This document shows positions 16,861-20,552 of a stretch of 20,552 bases of DNA, one piece after another; positions within the stretch are counted from its first letter, which is position 1, and each line of letters begins with the position of its first letter. The stretch is taken from contig JBIOZG010000056.1 in assembly GCA_044870765.1 (NCBI GenBank), positions 1 to 20,552 on the forward strand, given 5' to 3'. The DNA comes from Nitrososphaeraceae archaeon. Its GTDB lineage: Archaea; Thermoproteota; Nitrososphaeria; Nitrososphaerales; Nitrososphaeraceae. The translations under genes and the position numbers were made by a program. Below the pieces are notes generated by a model that had not been told where the DNA came from, did no database searches, and was given only the letters and a program-made list of their open reading frames with translations.

Positions 16861-16960
16861 ACTGGTGGGTGAGCACTCAGCCATGAAGCGAACAGCAAGA
16901 GGTCCCCACTGGTGGGTGAGCACTCAGCCATGAAGCGAACAGCAAGAGGTCCACACCAGT
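16861..16960 (-). repeat. Hairpin unit U5, tandemly duplicated (2 x 45 bp, period 47)
   Basis: ACTGGTGGGTGAGCACTCAGCCATGAAGCGAACAGCAAGAGGTCC occurs at 16861 and 16908; terminal IR ACTGGTG/CACCAGT. Confidence 0.85.
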
Positions 16961-17032
16961 AGTCAGATTACTTTCTGGACTTAACCTAATCCGTGACAAA
17001 TCGTCAAATACAAACAATTATGAAATAATTTA

Positions 17033-17082
17033 ATACCGGTGGGAAGAATCGTAAACTGACAAAATTAATTGCCCACCGGCAT
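17033..17082 (-). repeat. Hairpin unit U6
   Basis: ATACCGGTGGG-N28-CCCACCGGCAT; 11-bp minus-strand stem with 1 G-U. Confidence 0.85.
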
Positions 17083-17146
17083 GTGGTTGCGATTCTACGT
17101 TATATTTCAATGCACATTAAATTATAAATAGCTAAAAGTATTGAGG

Positions 17147-17196
17147 CCGGTGGGAATTTAGCCTCATGAGTTTATGACAAGTCCTTTCCCCACCTC
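17147..17196 (-). repeat. Hairpin unit U7
   Basis: CCGGTGGGAA...TCCCCACCTC; 8-bp minus-strand stem with 1 G-U. Confidence 0.75.
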
Positions 17197-17255
17197 GATT
17201 GAAGGGTTAACTTACCAAGCCTATAACTTTAAAAATATAATAACAAGTTACAAAG

Positions 17256-17298
17256 CCGGTGGGATGAACGAGTGATTGGTAAGACAAGGCCCCACCGC
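17256..17298 (-). repeat. Hairpin unit U8
   Basis: CCGGTGGGA...CCCCACCGC; 8-bp minus-strand stem with 1 G-U. Confidence 0.8.
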
Positions 17299-17468
17299 CA
17301 TAATTTGTTTGAAAGGTTACCCGATACCCGATAAAGTAGACTGAAATTAGTCCTAAAAATTAAACTCGATGATTGTACCTTTTATTTTATTCACAATCGA
17401 TATATGCTTAACTTGAGACCAATTGGCATAATTGAACAGTACAAAACATGGAGTTTTAGAACAATAAG

Positions 17469-18350
17469 ATGAAGGATTCTTCTAAGGTTTTCAAGATTTC
17501 ATTAAGTTTAGCACTAATGGTACTTGTTTTTACAATGACACCCGGTTCTTCTTTATTTAATATTTTAAAACCTGTGTCGGCTGCTGCACTAACAGGTGTA
17601 TCCGTCTCACCTGCCAGTAACGTAATTAATGAAAGGGCAACCTATGATATCTTTCTTACAACAAAGACTACAGGAACGATCAAAATCATTCAAATAGATT
17701 TTCCATCTAGTTTTAATCTCGCTTCATTTAGACTGATAGAAAAGAGTGGCATTGGTCCTGGTTCATTTTCGTTCTCCGGTTCAACTTTGAAATATACGGT
17801 AAATAGTGCTACTAGTGTTCCTGCTGGAACGAATATTAAACTCGAAGTAGGCAGAATAATTGCGACAGAAGCAGGTAGTCAAACCGTCAGTATACAAACA
17901 ATAAATCCGCAGAATGTTGTAATAGACGGGCCGACATCATCCGGTTCTTTTACCATAAAGGCCATAACTGGTAATGATGTTTCACCGGGCTTTATAAAAA
18001 GAAAGACTTTGCTCGATGATGCCGCAGGAAACACACACGGATGGAACCCTGATGGCTCTGCCAAAATTTTTGGCATTATTGATGGTGACATCTCAGGACC
18101 TGCTAATAACATATTTGTCAGCGCAATCGATGAGGACGGAGCCGGTTGTAGGACAATAGATTTTGATGCTGAGGAGAATTTGATGAGTATTAGGTGTGAC
18201 TTTCCTCCGGCTAATAATAATGCCCTCCATTACCTAATAACTAAACTTCCAGCGAACGTTGTAACATCAACGTCATTAATTTCATCTCAATCTCTGCTTT
18301 CCTCATCTATACCTTCATCTCCGTTCGACACCTTACAGGTAGACAAATAG
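17469..18350 (+). CDS. Secreted or cell-surface beta-rich protein with a Ser-rich C-terminus
   Basis: Signal peptide (KVFKISLSLALMVLVF...VSA), S/T/G-rich beta pattern, one Cys pair and a Ser-rich tail. Confidence 0.8.
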   Translation: MKDSSKVFKISLSLALMVLVFTMTPGSSLFNILKPVSAAALTGVSVSPASNVINERATYDIFLTTKTTGTIKIIQIDFPSSFNLASFRLIEKSGIGPGSFSFSGSTLKYTVNSATSVPAGTNIKLEVGRIIATEAGSQTVSIQTINPQNVVIDGPTSSGSFTIKAITGNDVSPGFIKRKTLLDDAAGNTHGWNPDGSAKIFGIIDGDISGPANNIFVSAIDEDGAGCRTIDFDAEENLMSIRCDFPPANNNALHYLITKLPANVVTSTSLISSQSLLSSSIPSSPFDTLQVDK

Positions 18351-18654
18351 ACTATTTGTGTAAAAGTATACGAAGGAATTGTTCGACCCATAATTTATTA
18401 TCATCAAGTACTCAATTTAATCTCTAAATCACTAACAAGGGGAGGAGGGTAGAATAACTATTCTAATAAATAATTGACTAATTTAATTTCTCAGGTGTCT
18501 ACCTAGGTATTAACTGAAGGAAAAAGGTAGGAATACCTAAACGTTCTATTTTAGAGGAGGCTTCATAGTGCAATCAGGCGGTATAGGACCTGTGTTGAGA
18601 TCGATTCCACTTTTTACAATATCCAAGTGTGTTAATGGTAAGAAACTGGTATCG

Positions 18655-19539
18655 TTACTCATCAGGCTCAGAATAACAAGGAAACAGATAGTCATGTTGC
18701 CATTTGTCTAGTGTATTTTTCAACGTGTTGCTTCCCGTCATCGAATACAACCTTTCCAACATCTTTATGTATTCAGGATGGTCTTGGTGCAATACAAAAT
18801 TATCCTTAGGGAAAGAGTAGTACGTTCCACAATCTCCCGATAGGTCGTTGATATTTTTCTCCAATACATCTACCCCCTTGTTGAATAGTGTCAGTGCTCG
18901 CTCGTCCCCGGTATATTCGTAGTAAGTCATTAGGTTCGCAACACAAAACAGCTGACTGTTCAGTATTTTAGGATTGTTTTTTTCAGCCACTACTCCCAAA
19001 AGCCAGCCGTCATGATTTAGAACAGGAGAATTTAAGCCGTTGAATACTTTTTTGGAAAATTCTAGGTATTTGGAATTCCCTGTTTCATTATATTTTTTAG
19101 CAGTCACAAGCATCGCCTTACTCTGAGCTTCACAACCATACCAAGGCGCAGATATCTTAGAATAAAAGTGCCAATTGTAGTTGTACGGTATCAAATAGTA
19201 ATCTTGATGGTCTTCATAGTTGCTGCTATCAAGGAACCAGTCAGCATTATCGACAAAGTTAGGATTATAGACTTTGCCTATATGCAGGCCAAAGAGGTTT
19301 TTGTAATCCACCATCGTGTTATTGTTTGCATCACTAGTATATTCAATATCAGACCAGCCTGTTTTCTTCTCTTCATTGTTGTTGTTCTTATCGTCTGAGA
19401 TATAGACCTGAGCAGCAGCAGTAACAGACTCATCTGCTTCCCCGAATACAAAAATTGGTTTCACCATTGGAGTTGTTGAGACAGTGAGAAGTATTATGGA
19501 AAGTGAAGCCATGAGCGTAATTTTAATTATTGTTGCCAT
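18655..19539 (-). CDS. Secreted D-glucuronyl C5-epimerase C-terminal-domain-like protein (divergent)
   Basis: Signal peptide; APWYGCEAQSKA (cf. WYSAMAQG), KILNSQLF (cf. VLNG), LFNKGVDVLEKNI...GTYYS and DHPEYIKMLERLY. Confidence 0.65.
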   Translation of the reverse strand: MATIIKITLMASLSIILLTVSTTPMVKPIFVFGEADESVTAAAQVYISDDKNNNNEEKKTGWSDIEYTSDANNNTMVDYKNLFGLHIGKVYNPNFVDNADWFLDSSNYEDHQDYYLIPYNYNWHFYSKISAPWYGCEAQSKAMLVTAKKYNETGNSKYLEFSKKVFNGLNSPVLNHDGWLLGVVAEKNNPKILNSQLFCVANLMTYYEYTGDERALTLFNKGVDVLEKNINDLSGDCGTYYSFPKDNFVLHQDHPEYIKMLERLYSMTGSNTLKNTLDKWQHDYLFPCYSEPDE

Positions 19540-19723
19540 ATTAGTACTTCCGGAGATATTTCTTGTTTGTTGTCGCAATTCCTTTCATCGGCATCTTCAT
19601 ACCTTAAAATATTACTATCAGTAGGCGGAAATTTAGTTTTTTGTTGTTTTAGTTCGGTTTAGTTCAGCATTTTGCAACAAAAAGTAAAATCGTTTTTGAT
19701 GACCCAACACTGATGAATACGAT

Positions 19724-20215
19724 TTAAGTCATGTCTGTAGGGTTTATTGGTGTTAATGAACTACTGAAATCTGTATACACAATAGCAATTAATTCCAATG
19801 CATGTATGAAACTAAATAATGAATCAAAGAAATACTGTCTATTCAAATTTTCGACAAAAAATGTCTTTACTATTATGATACCAATATTTTCTTTTTTTAT
19901 TATTAAATTAAGACCAAACGGATATACTACTTTCTTGATACCCGCAAAGAACTTCTGTCGTAGACTTGGTTTGAGATTTAAAAATGACTTTTTGTCTTCT
20001 TTCGTGAATTCCATTTCCATCTGAAAATTGAAACTTTCTAAATGGTGATCAAAAATCACCCTGAATCTCATTTGGGAACTTGGGATTTGAACTATCAGTG
20101 AGTGTCTAATATTGGGATATCTCTGAAGAAATTTGCTTACTTTCCTGTCTTCCGTTTGGACTTTGTAACTAAAGGCTTTTAACCACATATCTATTTGTTC
20201 ATGAATTTCGGTCAT
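19724..20215 (-). CDS. Hypothetical protein, DUF2299-like
   Basis: 163-aa ORF: IDMWLKAFSYKV...FLNLKPSLRQKFF...LNRQYFFDSL. Family call rests on pattern resemblance only. Confidence 0.55.
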   Translation of the reverse strand: MTEIHEQIDMWLKAFSYKVQTEDRKVSKFLQRYPNIRHSLIVQIPSSQMRFRVIFDHHLESFNFQMEMEFTKEDKKSFLNLKPSLRQKFFAGIKKVVYPFGLNLIIKKENIGIIIVKTFFVENLNRQYFFDSLFSFIHALELIAIVYTDFSSSLTPINPTDMT

Positions 20216-20259
20216 ATTCTATCTATATCGACAGGCAAATTATTTTATTTATCGTTATC

Positions 20260-20398
20260 AACCTCGTCTCTATCCCCATCAACACAAATACCAACAGGAG
20301 TCCAAAACTGGCCATTATTACACTTCTTTTTGTCCCAAATTTAATTGAAATTTACCTTTTGCAGAAAATCTTTGCACACGATCATTATTATCATCTGC
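20260..20398 (-). pseudogene. Frameshifted NHL-repeat (beta-propeller) gene remnant
   Basis: Three frames in succession read ADDNNDRVQRFSAKGKF / IKFGTKRS / NGQFWTPVGICVDGDRDEV, matching the NHL consensus ADxxNxRVQxF...GQFxxPxGIxVD. Confidence 0.7.
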
Positions 20399-20552
20399 CA
20401 ATTTTAGTGGTGGCAGTGTACTAAGTAATTGTCCCTTCATTGGGCTTTTAGTTCCACACAACAATCTATTCCGTTACTCAGTGTATATTCTTTAGGGAAA
20501 TTTTTTTCTATATCTTTATCTTTATTTGATGTTCGATTTGTTTAAATTTTGA

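Noticed and set aside
16861-17298. CRISPR array
   Set aside because: There are no 23-47-bp direct repeats with spacers; conservation is limited to ~8-bp inverted arms, and no cas genes are present.
10333-20024. Track ORFs starting at 10333, 11966, 12448, 13044, 14030, 14748, 15477, 16737, 17879, 19168 and 19731
   Set aside because: They overlap better-supported genes or repeats, or are low-complexity AT-rich frames. The 16737 ORF only runs through the U5 duplication.
1-20552. Integrated virus or IS element explaining the accessory region
   Set aside because: No integrase, transposase, capsid or replication gene, tRNA att site or target-site duplication was recognised.

Overview
AT-rich window, most likely from a soil ammonia-oxidising archaeon of the Nitrososphaeraceae. 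This is inferred from the gene content and from TATA boxes about 25 nt before start codons; no database search was run. The left end is metabolic: a K+-channel tail, an acyl-CoA dehydrogenase, a class-III aminotransferase and a YHS/TRASH-CopA ATPase. The rest is an accessory region of small genes: three PRC-barrel-like paralogs, acidic LEA-like proteins, a ferritin-like protein, DUF1059, Zn-finger miniproteins, secreted proteins, a ku-nadE pair, a degenerate C5-epimerase-like protein and several gene remnants. Three unexplained non-coding signals stand out. (1) Two clusters of related hairpins (8943-9654 and 16861-17298) have conserved CYGRTGGG...CCCRYCRG stems, unique loops, roughly 110-bp spacing and consistent minus-strand G-U bias, suggesting an undescribed small-RNA or ssDNA-hairpin array. 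(2) A GC-rich, multi-helix candidate ncRNA with a T-loop lies at about 15738-15965. (3) A shared TATA-N3-TGTWG promoter motif links ku to the small stress-like genes.
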